The position numbers were made by a program, and so were the translations under genes. Of a stretch of DNA of 64,000 bases, positions 31,423 to 40,103 are shown piece after piece. This DNA comes from an uncultured Clostridia bacterium. GTDB taxonomy: Bacteria > Bacillota > Clostridia > TANB77 > CAG-508. The stretch covers positions 2,655-66,654 of the forward strand of contig CAKOXV010000003.1 in the NCBI GenBank assembly GCA_934130355.1, in the 5' to 3' direction. Position 1 is the stretch's first letter. Every line of letters begins with the position of its first letter. A model generated the notes under the pieces. It was given only the letters and a program-made list of their open reading frames with translations, was not told the DNA's origin and searched no databases.

Positions 31423-33327
31423 TTATTTTTCTACATTTTTTGAAAAATTTACCAAATTTTTTGCTTTTTCTCTGATAGAATACCTGTCAAATATTACCAA
31501 AGGTACATCTAATCCCACTTCTTTCATTTGTCTTTTTATCAATTCTAAATTCTTTTTTTCTACTTCTGAATTTAATTTGTCGTTTCCTATATACATAACA
31601 TATGATGGTTTCAAAGAGTTCTCATATGAATTTCTAAATAATACTATTTCAGTATTATTTTCAAACTGTTTTTCATCTGATACTAGTTCATTATATGAAA
31701 CTGAAAAATCTTCAAATTGATTATTACTCTCAACATAGTCAATTCCCTTATTTGAGTGTATATTTTCACTAGAAATAGTTGCTATTAATTCTGGGCTCAA
31801 CGTTTCCTTTGAAAATCCTAGTGCTATTTGACCTCTTGTTCCTCTTCCTTCAAGAATTTCTTTGGGCGTTGCAACCATTGCACATAATTGATTTGAAGTA
31901 TTAGTAACATATCTCGTATCAAAACTTCCTACTTGTCCTATTCCTTCAAAATCTAAAGCATAATCTGTTATATAATGATTTTCTTTAGCTTGATATTGTA
32001 ATAACATTGTTTCCTTTTCTTTTTCTGAAAATTCAAATTTTTCTCCTAATTCTTTTGAACGTTTTTCCTCTAACTCTTTTACATATGTATCAAAATTTGA
32101 CATTGTTCTACTTGGATTGAAGAAATGTAGCATAGCAGCAGAATCCATTTGTGCTAAATCTGTTATCACAATTTCTTGTGTTTTTTCTGGATTATATACT
32201 TTTTCTACTATTTGATTTCTATTTTCAACTTCATAATCCATAAATGCTGATTCCATAAAATCTGAAATTTCACTACTTTCTTCTACTACTTCACTTAATG
32301 ATTTTGATAATATTTCATCAATAGTATGCATAATTTCAACTGTATTTTGCGTTTTAGACAAACTTTCTAGCCTTTTTCTTAATAATCCAATGTTATTGTA
32401 TCTTTTTAAATCATCTTTACTCCATACTTTGTTAAGTGTTGCTATTTTTCTTCTTTCATCATTAGTATATTTTTTTCCAGAAAGCACTATATCATCAAAA
32501 ATCCCAACATCTATTTCTGATTTTATATATTCAGGATGTTCTCTTAAATGCTTGACAGTATATGTTCCTATAAAATCTGATTCTTTTGCTAATAACCCCA
32601 TTAAAATATATTGTTCTGTTTCTGATAACTCTTCATTATTAAAATACTTTTGAAATATTAAATTAAAGTCTTCTTCTGAATAATATGTTACATGGTCTTG
32701 TAATCCATCAATTGCAATTGTACTTTTGTTTTTACCATCTAATTTTAATACAGTTTTGTTTCTCAAATATGTATCATTATTATAACATTCTACTATCTCT
32801 TTACCATACATATCATATATTTCTTTAAGAATACTTTGTGTCACTTCATTTTCTTCAAATATATCAAGCATACTTTTGTTATTTAATGATTTTCTACAAA
32901 AAGTTTCTGGCCTAATCCCTAATTGAATTTCAGATAAATTTAATCCTGTTGCTCTATTGAAAATTATACAATTCATCATATTTTTTAATACATAATTTGT
33001 TTGCATTCCATTAGGAAATTCCATCTTTTTTGCTTTAAAAAGTTTATCAGCAATTTGTGCTGTTGTTGCATCTTGGTTCTCAAAAGCTCTTTCTATATTT
33101 CTTTTTCCAAATAAATTTATTAATAAATCATAACTATCAACATCATCCATTACCTTAAAATGTTTATATAGAGCTTTTCCATACTTTCTGCCCAAACTTT
33201 TTGCTTGTATATACTTAAATATATTTCTATTTTTACTATTTGGTATAATTAATGATCTTGTATTTCTTGGATTTTTATATTGTTTATATTCACTAATTTT
33301 TTCTTTTATACTTTCTATAAAATTCAT
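31423..33327 (-). CDS. hypothetical protein (634 aa), no recognisable family
   Basis: Long uninterrupted ORF 6 nt upstream of the stop/start junction with the GNAT gene. Confidence 0.6.
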   Translation of the reverse strand: MNFIESIKEKISEYKQYKNPRNTRSLIIPNSKNRNIFKYIQAKSLGRKYGKALYKHFKVMDDVDSYDLLINLFGKRNIERAFENQDATTAQIADKLFKAKKMEFPNGMQTNYVLKNMMNCIIFNRATGLNLSEIQLGIRPETFCRKSLNNKSMLDIFEENEVTQSILKEIYDMYGKEIVECYNNDTYLRNKTVLKLDGKNKSTIAIDGLQDHVTYYSEEDFNLIFQKYFNNEELSETEQYILMGLLAKESDFIGTYTVKHLREHPEYIKSEIDVGIFDDIVLSGKKYTNDERRKIATLNKVWSKDDLKRYNNIGLLRKRLESLSKTQNTVEIMHTIDEILSKSLSEVVEESSEISDFMESAFMDYEVENRNQIVEKVYNPEKTQEIVITDLAQMDSAAMLHFFNPSRTMSNFDTYVKELEEKRSKELGEKFEFSEKEKETMLLQYQAKENHYITDYALDFEGIGQVGSFDTRYVTNTSNQLCAMVATPKEILEGRGTRGQIALGFSKETLSPELIATISSENIHSNKGIDYVESNNQFEDFSVSYNELVSDEKQFENNTEIVLFRNSYENSLKPSYVMYIGNDKLNSEVEKKNLELIKRQMKEVGLDVPLVIFDRYSIREKAKNLVNFSKNVEK

Positions 33328-33656
33328 AAAATTTTCCTTTTTTCACTTGTATTATTTTATGCAAGACATATCTCTAAAATTGTTTGCTATATATAACTTA
33401 TCATAAGTTACTTAATTTTACAATTAAATCACTAATATTTTTTTTCATTTTCAATTATAAATATATTAGGAAAACGACTGTGATTTAAAATCTTAAACCA
33501 CAGTCGTTTTAAGCAAGTTGAGTTTACTTGAATTTTTCCGCAAAAATCTTCTGTATCAATCTAACCTTTTCCATAGTTTCTAATACTTTAACCTGTCTGA
33601 CTCTTTAATTGCAATACCATAACCCACATATGTATTTTTTCACTGGTATATAAAAA

Positions 33657-33688
33657 CAGGTAGTAAGTTTTTTAATACTCACTACCTG
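33657..33688 (-). terminator. rho-independent terminator after the 103-aa gene
   Basis: caggtagt.. / ..actacctg stem, then TTTTTAT on the minus strand. Confidence 0.55.
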
Positions 33689-33701
33689 TAAATTGGTTAT
33701 C

Positions 33702-34013
33702 TTATGTTGTTTGCGATATTATCTGAATAAAATCTTCCCGTATTTTTTTGTATAGTTTTTGTGCATCTTCTCCCAATCCAGAAGCATCTGGCAAAGTTTC
33801 AAATAACTCTTTAACAATTCCCCTACGAATGCTCATTAAGATAATTGTAGGTGAACCATCCCCGCAAATATAGGAGGCCACAGCAACATCCAGTACTTTA
33901 TCTACACCATACTCATCAATTATTTTCTCGAACTCTTCCAATTCTGCCAAAGTATAAACTGCTTTTCCATAGTAATGCCACCAATGTATAAGATCCCCTT
34001 TTTCAATAGCCAT
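33702..34013 (-). CDS. hypothetical 103-aa protein (MAIEKGDLIHWWHYYGK...), GC-richer than its surroundings
   Basis: AAGGAG RBS upstream of the ATG at 34011-34013, rather than the longer track ORF. Confidence 0.55.
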   Translation of the reverse strand: MAIEKGDLIHWWHYYGKAVYTLAELEEFEKIIDEYGVDKVLDVAVASYICGDGSPTIILMSIRRGIVKELFETLPDASGLGEDAQKLYKKIREDFIQIISQTT

Positions 34014-34706
34014 TTTGTTGGCTCCTTTCTTTTTGCAATCGCAAAATGTTGTAAAGTTAAAATGTTGTCCAGTAGTACATACCTCCATAGTACCATTCTT
34101 AGAAAGATTTTTGGAATTTTCCTATACATATTTTACCATAGTTTTACATAATTTGCAAGCTGTCATATGCTCTGCTTATATTTTTCTTCGTAATATTCTT
34201 CATCAAAGAATGTTCCGTTTTCCATCCCTTTTTGTCTATAATATATCCTTTTTTTGAGAATTCTTTTAACATGTTAGTTGCCCATCTTCAATTGATTCTC
34301 TATCCTCATGAAGTAATTTTAGTTGCTCTATCGTGTTTTCTAATGTTAATTGCTTAAACTTAAAGTATGTGGTTCATTTGAGAAAATGTCTAAAAAAATG
34401 AAAAGTATAGGACATTTTCCAAAATGAATTACATTTATAATGGCACTCTTGCCCGCTTGGTAGGTTTTGATTTCTACAATAGCTTAGAAGTAAAACAGCG
34501 TTGAAAAGTTACTAATAGATGTGCTGAAGATATCTATGTTCAAAACTTTTAAGACTTTACAAAGACACGAATGTTCTCCGTGTCTTTTGTTTAATATTTA
34601 TAAATAAAATTTTTTTCCTTTTCCTCTTTAGAACTTATATCAGCATGTAATCTAACAACATTACACAATGAATTACATTCATCTTTGTTCAATTTTATAA
34701 TTTTAA

Positions 34707-35549
34707 TTATTCTTTTTTATTAGTTAGTTTTTTTATGTTAGATTTTGTTAAACTATTATAATTCGTTTTCTCTGCAACTTTCTTTCCAATCTTTTCTTCA
34801 ATTTCTTTTCTAGCCTTACCTGTTATCTTTCCAGCCTCTTGTACATCATCTTTTAATTCCGCTAGTCCGAAACTATTATTAGTATTATGCATTTCATTCG
34901 CAGTCACTTCTGCTAGATTTGTTATTGCAAGTTCTAATTTTCCCATACTGTCTCTTAAATTTCTTTTTGTTCTAGCTATTCCTTTTAATTCTTTATATTG
35001 AGCAGTATTCATATTAAAGGTACTTCTATATATTTCATCTGTTAATATTGCATAATCTCTATCTTTTGCTCCTCTTTCTTTCCATGTATCAGTTAATTCT
35101 TTTCTACTATCTATTGATTTTAATCTCTGTGCAATCCATGTATCTTCATATCCTTTTCTTATGTATGTTTCTTTTGCTCTATTAATAGCAAGTTCTGGAT
35201 TCACAATTTCATCTAATCTCTCACTTCCCACTTGTGCTAACCATAATTTAAATGGCTCTGCTTTAGGTGAAGGAATAGATTGGATAATTCTTAATATTCC
35301 TTTAGTATTTGTTGTTCTTATCTTCCTTATTTTTCCATCTTTAGCTTTCATCTCAACTAGGGTACAAATTGTACCCCAGTTATTATTTAACTCTTCATCT
35401 CTAGCTTTTAATTTTTTTATGTATTGTTTTACATCTACAGAATCTGTTAAAATTTGAACAACATCTTCTACTGAAAAATACCAATCTTCGTTGTACCATT
35501 CTCTTCTTATTTCTTTTTCTTCAAATATTGCTAATTTATTTTCTTGCAT
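34707..35549 (-). CDS. Bro-N domain protein (phage antirepressor / DinD-like)
   Basis: N-terminal pattern FEEKEIRREWYNEDWYFSVEDVVQILT...KIRTTNTKGILRIIQSIPSPKAEPFKLWLA matches the Bro-N fold signature. Confidence 0.65.
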   Translation of the reverse strand: MQENKLAIFEEKEIRREWYNEDWYFSVEDVVQILTDSVDVKQYIKKLKARDEELNNNWGTICTLVEMKAKDGKIRKIRTTNTKGILRIIQSIPSPKAEPFKLWLAQVGSERLDEIVNPELAINRAKETYIRKGYEDTWIAQRLKSIDSRKELTDTWKERGAKDRDYAILTDEIYRSTFNMNTAQYKELKGIARTKRNLRDSMGKLELAITNLAEVTANEMHNTNNSFGLAELKDDVQEAGKITGKARKEIEEKIGKKVAEKTNYNSLTKSNIKKLTNKKE

Positions 35550-35671
35550 AATACCACTTCCTTATTTATTTTTTGCTATTATATAACATTTTTGCATTGT
35601 TGTCAAACATTTGTTTTGCGGACTGCAGAAATTTAGCAGTTATTTCGTGGTGAAACAACTGCTCTAATTTA

Positions 35672-35807
35672 TTTTTATATACTAGGAAAGTCCTTTGGAC
35701 TTCCTAGTATATAAAAGCTACAATCGCTAGCCCTTTGAGATTTTCTCCTTATAGTCGAAAACTCAAATCGGGCAAGAACAAAGGGCGACTACGTCGCTTT
35801 GTTCTAT
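35672..35807 (-). repeat. about 135-bp three-hairpin element, right copy of the inverted pair
   Basis: Reverse complement of 30622-30756. The differences fall mainly in hairpin loops (gca/gta, tagag/caaag). Confidence 0.8.
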
Positions 35808-36143
35808 TGCTATCTTTCATATATTTTGTTTCTTATATAAAACTATATTGTCCTAATTTCATATTTTACTACATCACACTTTTCCTCTAATAAAAATTTT
35901 CCTTCAAATAATTTCTCTTTAAATAAATATGGTGTAAATTTTTCGTTTTGAGAAAATTGTTTTAAATTATATCCACTCTATACAACCTTCTTCTGATTTT
36001 TCTTTTAAATCTCCTTTAAAATTATCTGCTACATATATAAATATTACTCCTTGTCTCAAACCTCTCTTTGTTTTTACTAATATTCTTTTTTATTTTTTCT
36101 CCAATTTAATTTTACAAAACTATTCTTTCTCTTATTACATGTC

Positions 36144-37286
36144 TTATTTTAGTTGTAGCACTGCCACGCACTCCACATGTTCTGTCCAAGGAAACATGTC
36201 TACAGGTTGGATTTCATTAATAGTATAAAGTGTCTGCAGTATTTTCAAATTTTGCATTAAAGTAACTGGATTACAACTAATATAAATAATTTTGTTAGGT
36301 TTAACACTTTCTAAAGTTTTAATAGTTTTCAAATCTAATCCGCTTCTAGGAGGATCAACAAAGACAACATCTGCTTTTTCTTTTGGACAGAGTCTAGGCA
36401 ACATTTCTTCTACTTTACCATCTATAAATTCAACATTTGAAATCTTATTTAATCTAGCATTTTCAATTGCATCTTTTACAGCATCTTTCACAACTTCGAT
36501 TCCATATACCTTTTTGGCTTGTTTCGAAACTAATAATGAAATCGTTCCTATTCCAGAATACAAATCATAAACAGTTTCTTTTCCAGTTAAATTTGCAAAC
36601 TGGATTGCGGTATTATATAATTTTTCTGTTTGTATAGGATTTACTTGGTAAAATGAAAGTGGTGATATTTTAAATTTTAAATCTTCTATATAATCAACAA
36701 TATAACCATTTCCATATAATTTATAGTTTTTAATTCCTAATATTACTTTTGTTTTTTGATTATTAATATTTTGCACAATTGTTTTAATGTTAGGAAATTT
36801 TGATACTAGCGCTTTTATTATTTCTTCTCTTTTATATAATTTCTCATCTGTTGTTACAAATACCAACATATTTTCATCTGTATGTATAGCATGTTTAATT
36901 ATTAGATGTCTTAGAAATCCTTTGCCTGTATCTTCATTATATATTTTTATTTTATATTTTTTTATTAATTCAAATGTAAAGTTTGCAATTTCATTTATTT
37001 CTTCATTTTGTATCATGCAATTGTTAGAATTTACAACTTTATGAGTTCCTTCTTCAAAAAAACCCATTAGTGGTTGTTGTTTGTTCATTCCAAAAACAAA
37101 TTTTCCCTTGTTTCTATAATTATAAGGATTTTCCATTCCTATAATGTCTTTAATTTTTATTTTGTTGTTTAGTTCACTTTGTGCTAATTTTTTTATATAT
37201 TCAGTCTTTTCTTTTAATTGTTCTTTATATAGAATTTGATGTATACTACAACCTCCACATTTTTGTGATATTTCACAAGTTTTCAT
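36144..37286 (-). CDS. rlmCD: 23S rRNA (uracil-C5)-methyltransferase, RumA/RlmCD family (no TRAM domain)
   Basis: Fe-S Cys cluster near the N-terminus (CGGCS), SAM motif DLYSGIGTISL, VDPPRSG, and a C-terminal catalytic Cys in YISCNP. Confidence 0.8.
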   Translation of the reverse strand: MKTCEISQKCGGCSIHQILYKEQLKEKTEYIKKLAQSELNNKIKIKDIIGMENPYNYRNKGKFVFGMNKQQPLMGFFEEGTHKVVNSNNCMIQNEEINEIANFTFELIKKYKIKIYNEDTGKGFLRHLIIKHAIHTDENMLVFVTTDEKLYKREEIIKALVSKFPNIKTIVQNINNQKTKVILGIKNYKLYGNGYIVDYIEDLKFKISPLSFYQVNPIQTEKLYNTAIQFANLTGKETVYDLYSGIGTISLLVSKQAKKVYGIEVVKDAVKDAIENARLNKISNVEFIDGKVEEMLPRLCPKEKADVVFVDPPRSGLDLKTIKTLESVKPNKIIYISCNPVTLMQNLKILQTLYTINEIQPVDMFPWTEHVECVAVLQLK

Positions 37287-37309
37287 TTTATTACTCTCGC
37301 CTTCATTTG

Positions 37310-38908
37310 CTATATTTCTTTTGCGGCTTTTACTAAACCTACAAATAATGGTGCTGGCTTATTAGGTCTTGATTTTAATTCTGGGTGGAATTGTCCTGCT
37401 ATAAAATATGGGTGTTTACTATATTCTACGATTTCTACTAATTTTCCATCAGGAGATGTTCCTGAACAAATTAATCCTGCTTTTTCTAATCTTTCTTTAT
37501 ATTCATTATTGTATTCATATCTATGTCTATGTCTTTCAGAGATTTTTTTAGCACCATATAATTTTCTTGCAAGTGTTCCATCTTTTATTATACAAGGATA
37601 AGCTCCAAGTCTCATAGTTCCACCTTTTTTATCTATACCTATTTGTTCATCCATAATATGTATTACTGGATTTTTAGTTGTTTCACTGAACTCAGCTGAA
37701 TTTGCATCTTTTAAACCTAGCACATTTCTGGCAAATTCAACAACTGCCATTTGCATTCCAAGACATATTCCTAAAAATGGAATATTGTTTTCTCTTGCAT
37801 ATCTAATTGTTTCAATTTTCCCTTCTACTCCTCTGTTTCCAAATCCTCCAGGAACTATTATTCCTTGTATTCCAGCGAATTTTTCTTTTGCATTTTCTTG
37901 ATGTATTTCCTCTGAGTCTATTAATTTTATATTTACTTTTACATTATTGGCAAATCCCGCATGATGTAAGCTTTCTATTACAGATAAATATGAATCTTCA
38001 AGTTTTATATATTTTCCTACAATCGCTATATTTACACTTTTATTTCCTATTTGTCTTACTTTATCTATCATTTTTTGCCATTCAGTATTATCTGGCACAT
38101 ATTTGTCAAGCCTTAAGTAATTACAAATTTCTCGTGCTAAACCTTCTTCTTCAAGCATTAATGGTACAGCATATAAATTGTCAGCTGTTTTATTTTGAAT
38201 TACACTACTTTTTCTTACATTACAAAATAGTGCTAGTTTTTCTCTTATGCTTTCTGGTATGTCTTGTTCTGTTCTACATACTAAAATGTTAGGTTTTATT
38301 CCAAAACTCTGTAGCTCTTTTACAGAGTGTTGTGTTGGCTTTGACTTAATTTCATTTGAACCAAATATATAAGGTAATAATGTTACATGTACATATACTA
38401 CATCTTCTGGATTTTTTTCTAACCCAACTTGTCGTATAGCTTCTATTATTGATAGTCCCTCAATATCTCCTACAGTTCCACCAACTTCTGTTATTACTAT
38501 ATCTATATCTGTATTTTCAAAACTATATATTTTTTCTTTAATTTCATTTGTTATATGTGGTATTACTTGTACTGTTTTTCCTAAATAATCTCCTCTTCTT
38601 TCTTTTTCTATTACATTAGAATATATTCTCCCCATTGTAACACTTGAATTTTTAGTCAAATTTTCATCTATAAATCTTTCATAATGTCCTAAATCTAAAT
38701 CTGTTTCTGCACCATCATCTGTTACAAAAACCTCTCCATGTTCATAAGGGCTCATTGTCCCAGGATCCACATTTATATATGGATCAAATTTTTGAATAGT
38801 TACTTTATATCCTCTATTTTTTAATAATCTTCCAATTGATGCTGCTGTTATCCCCTTTCCTAATCCTGATACTACTCCTCCTGTTACAAATATGTACTTT
38901 GTGTTCAT
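37310..38908 (-). CDS. pyrG: CTP synthase
   Basis: [24 protein letters not shown]..., a GATase domain with GICLGMQ, and HRHRYE. Confidence 0.96.
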   Translation of the reverse strand: MNTKYIFVTGGVVSGLGKGITAASIGRLLKNRGYKVTIQKFDPYINVDPGTMSPYEHGEVFVTDDGAETDLDLGHYERFIDENLTKNSSVTMGRIYSNVIEKERRGDYLGKTVQVIPHITNEIKEKIYSFENTDIDIVITEVGGTVGDIEGLSIIEAIRQVGLEKNPEDVVYVHVTLLPYIFGSNEIKSKPTQHSVKELQSFGIKPNILVCRTEQDIPESIREKLALFCNVRKSSVIQNKTADNLYAVPLMLEEEGLAREICNYLRLDKYVPDNTEWQKMIDKVRQIGNKSVNIAIVGKYIKLEDSYLSVIESLHHAGFANNVKVNIKLIDSEEIHQENAKEKFAGIQGIIVPGGFGNRGVEGKIETIRYARENNIPFLGICLGMQMAVVEFARNVLGLKDANSAEFSETTKNPVIHIMDEQIGIDKKGGTMRLGAYPCIIKDGTLARKLYGAKKISERHRHRYEYNNEYKERLEKAGLICSGTSPDGKLVEIVEYSKHPYFIAGQFHPELKSRPNKPAPLFVGLVKAAKEI

Positions 38909-38927
38909 TTATTCCTCCTTCTATGAT

Positions 38928-38977
38928 AATTTGGGGACGGTCCTTTTTTTCGCGAATTTGGGGACGGTCCTTTTTTT
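38928..38977 (-). repeat. two tandem 23-nt direct repeats in the pyrG 5' leader
   Basis: aatttggggacggtccttttttt occurs at 38928-38950 and 38955-38977, separated by cgcg. The repeats lie 20-70 nt upstream of the pyrG ATG. Confidence 0.8.
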
Positions 38978-39110
38978 ACCAAAAATAAAAAAATAGATTA
39001 AAACAAAAACTGCAAATTCGGTTTTTTTTTAATCTATACTTTATATTTATACCACTTTTTCTCATAAATTTCAAGTCTTTATTGCTGAAATAATTTAAAA
39101 TTCTTTATTA

Positions 39111-39441
39111 GTTTGAATATATAAACAGCTTAAAAGCTTAATTGGTCCATACATATATATTAAATAATGGAAAATTTTGTGCATCTAAACTTGAGTATAG
39201 AAAATCTTAGAGTGCCAAAAGAGGAATGTTCACGTCAAAAATTAATATATTACTATTCAATGGCAAAAACATAGCTGGGGTCTTCGTCGGGGGTCTTTGC
39301 CTTATTTCATAGTAATATATTAATTTTGGGACTAAGTGAAAGAGGCGCTTTTGGCACTATTAGATTTTGTACAAAAGTTTAGCTTGTCCAAAATTTGAAA
39401 TGTTTTCAATATATATGTATGGACCAATTATGCTTTCAAAC
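39111..39441. repeat. long extended-hairpin element, copy 2
   Basis: Same architecture and same + strand orientation as 5341-5721. The central part is mostly identical. The outer stems differ in sequence but remain self-complementary (cttaattggtccatacatatatat / atatatatgtatggaccaattatg). Confidence 0.7.
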
Positions 39442-39516
39442 CACTTACATTTAAAATAGCAACTAAAATTATAAAAATGGGAGTTATATTTCAACTCCCA
39501 TCTTTATTTTATTCTA

Positions 39517-39936
39517 TTATTCTCCAATTGGAATATATCTTCTTTCTTCTACTCTCTTTTCAGCTTCTTTTGGAAATTCTATTGTTAATATTCCATTTTT
39601 AAAGTTTGCCTTTATATCTTCTTCTTTTATATTTTCTCCTGCATAGTAGCTTCTTGAGCACATTCCTGAGAATCTTTCTCTTTGTAGATATTTAGCATGT
39701 TTATCTTCTTTTTCTTCATTTTTTGTTGCTGTTACTGTTATATATCCATCTTGCAATTCAATTTGGATGTCTTCTTTGTTATATCCTGGTACATCTATTT
39801 CCAAAATATAATTTCCATCTTTTTCTTTAACATCTGTTTTCATTATTTTGTTTTCTTTTTGACTGAAAAATGGTTCATTGAAAACCTCATCAAAAATATC
39901 TAAACCATTTCCATTTCTTCTTGGTATCATCATCAT
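39517..39936 (-). CDS. small heat-shock protein, Hsp20/alpha-crystallin family
   Basis: 139 aa with an alpha-crystallin domain (DVKEKDGNYILEIDVPGYNKEDIQIEL...GILTIEFPK). Confidence 0.9.
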   Translation of the reverse strand: MMMIPRRNGNGLDIFDEVFNEPFFSQKENKIMKTDVKEKDGNYILEIDVPGYNKEDIQIELQDGYITVTATKNEEKEDKHAKYLQRERFSGMCSRSYYAGENIKEEDIKANFKNGILTIEFPKEAEKRVEERRYIPIGE

Positions 39937-40045
39937 AATTCATTACCTCCTTATAATATTTCTATGTGTTGACACCTTGTTAGCACTTCTATAGTATTAA
40001 CATTTTTGTTAATTTCTATTTACATTTAATATTATACATCAGTTT

Positions 40046-40072
40046 TTAGCAATGTCAATATATGAGTGCTAA
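40046..40072. promoter_or_regulatory. degenerate CIRCE-like inverted repeat upstream of hsp20
   Basis: TTAGCAATG-N9-GAGTGCTAA: the right arm is perfect and the left arm has 2 mismatches to consensus. Confidence 0.55.
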
Positions 40073-40103
40073 AATTCACAAAACTTTCACATTTCTTTGC
40101 TTT

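Noticed and set aside
34707-35549. Prophage or integrative element, inferred from the Bro-N gene.
   Set aside because: This is a single phage-associated domain. No integrase, terminase, capsid or other phage genes are in the window, and the tRNA-Leu at 47.3 kb has no adjacent integrase or direct repeat of its 3' end.
38928-38977. Possible CRISPR array or CRISPR-like direct repeats.
   Set aside because: There are only two 23-nt copies separated by 4 nt and no spacer-sized unique inserts. No cas genes are in the window, and no other regularly spaced repeats were seen.
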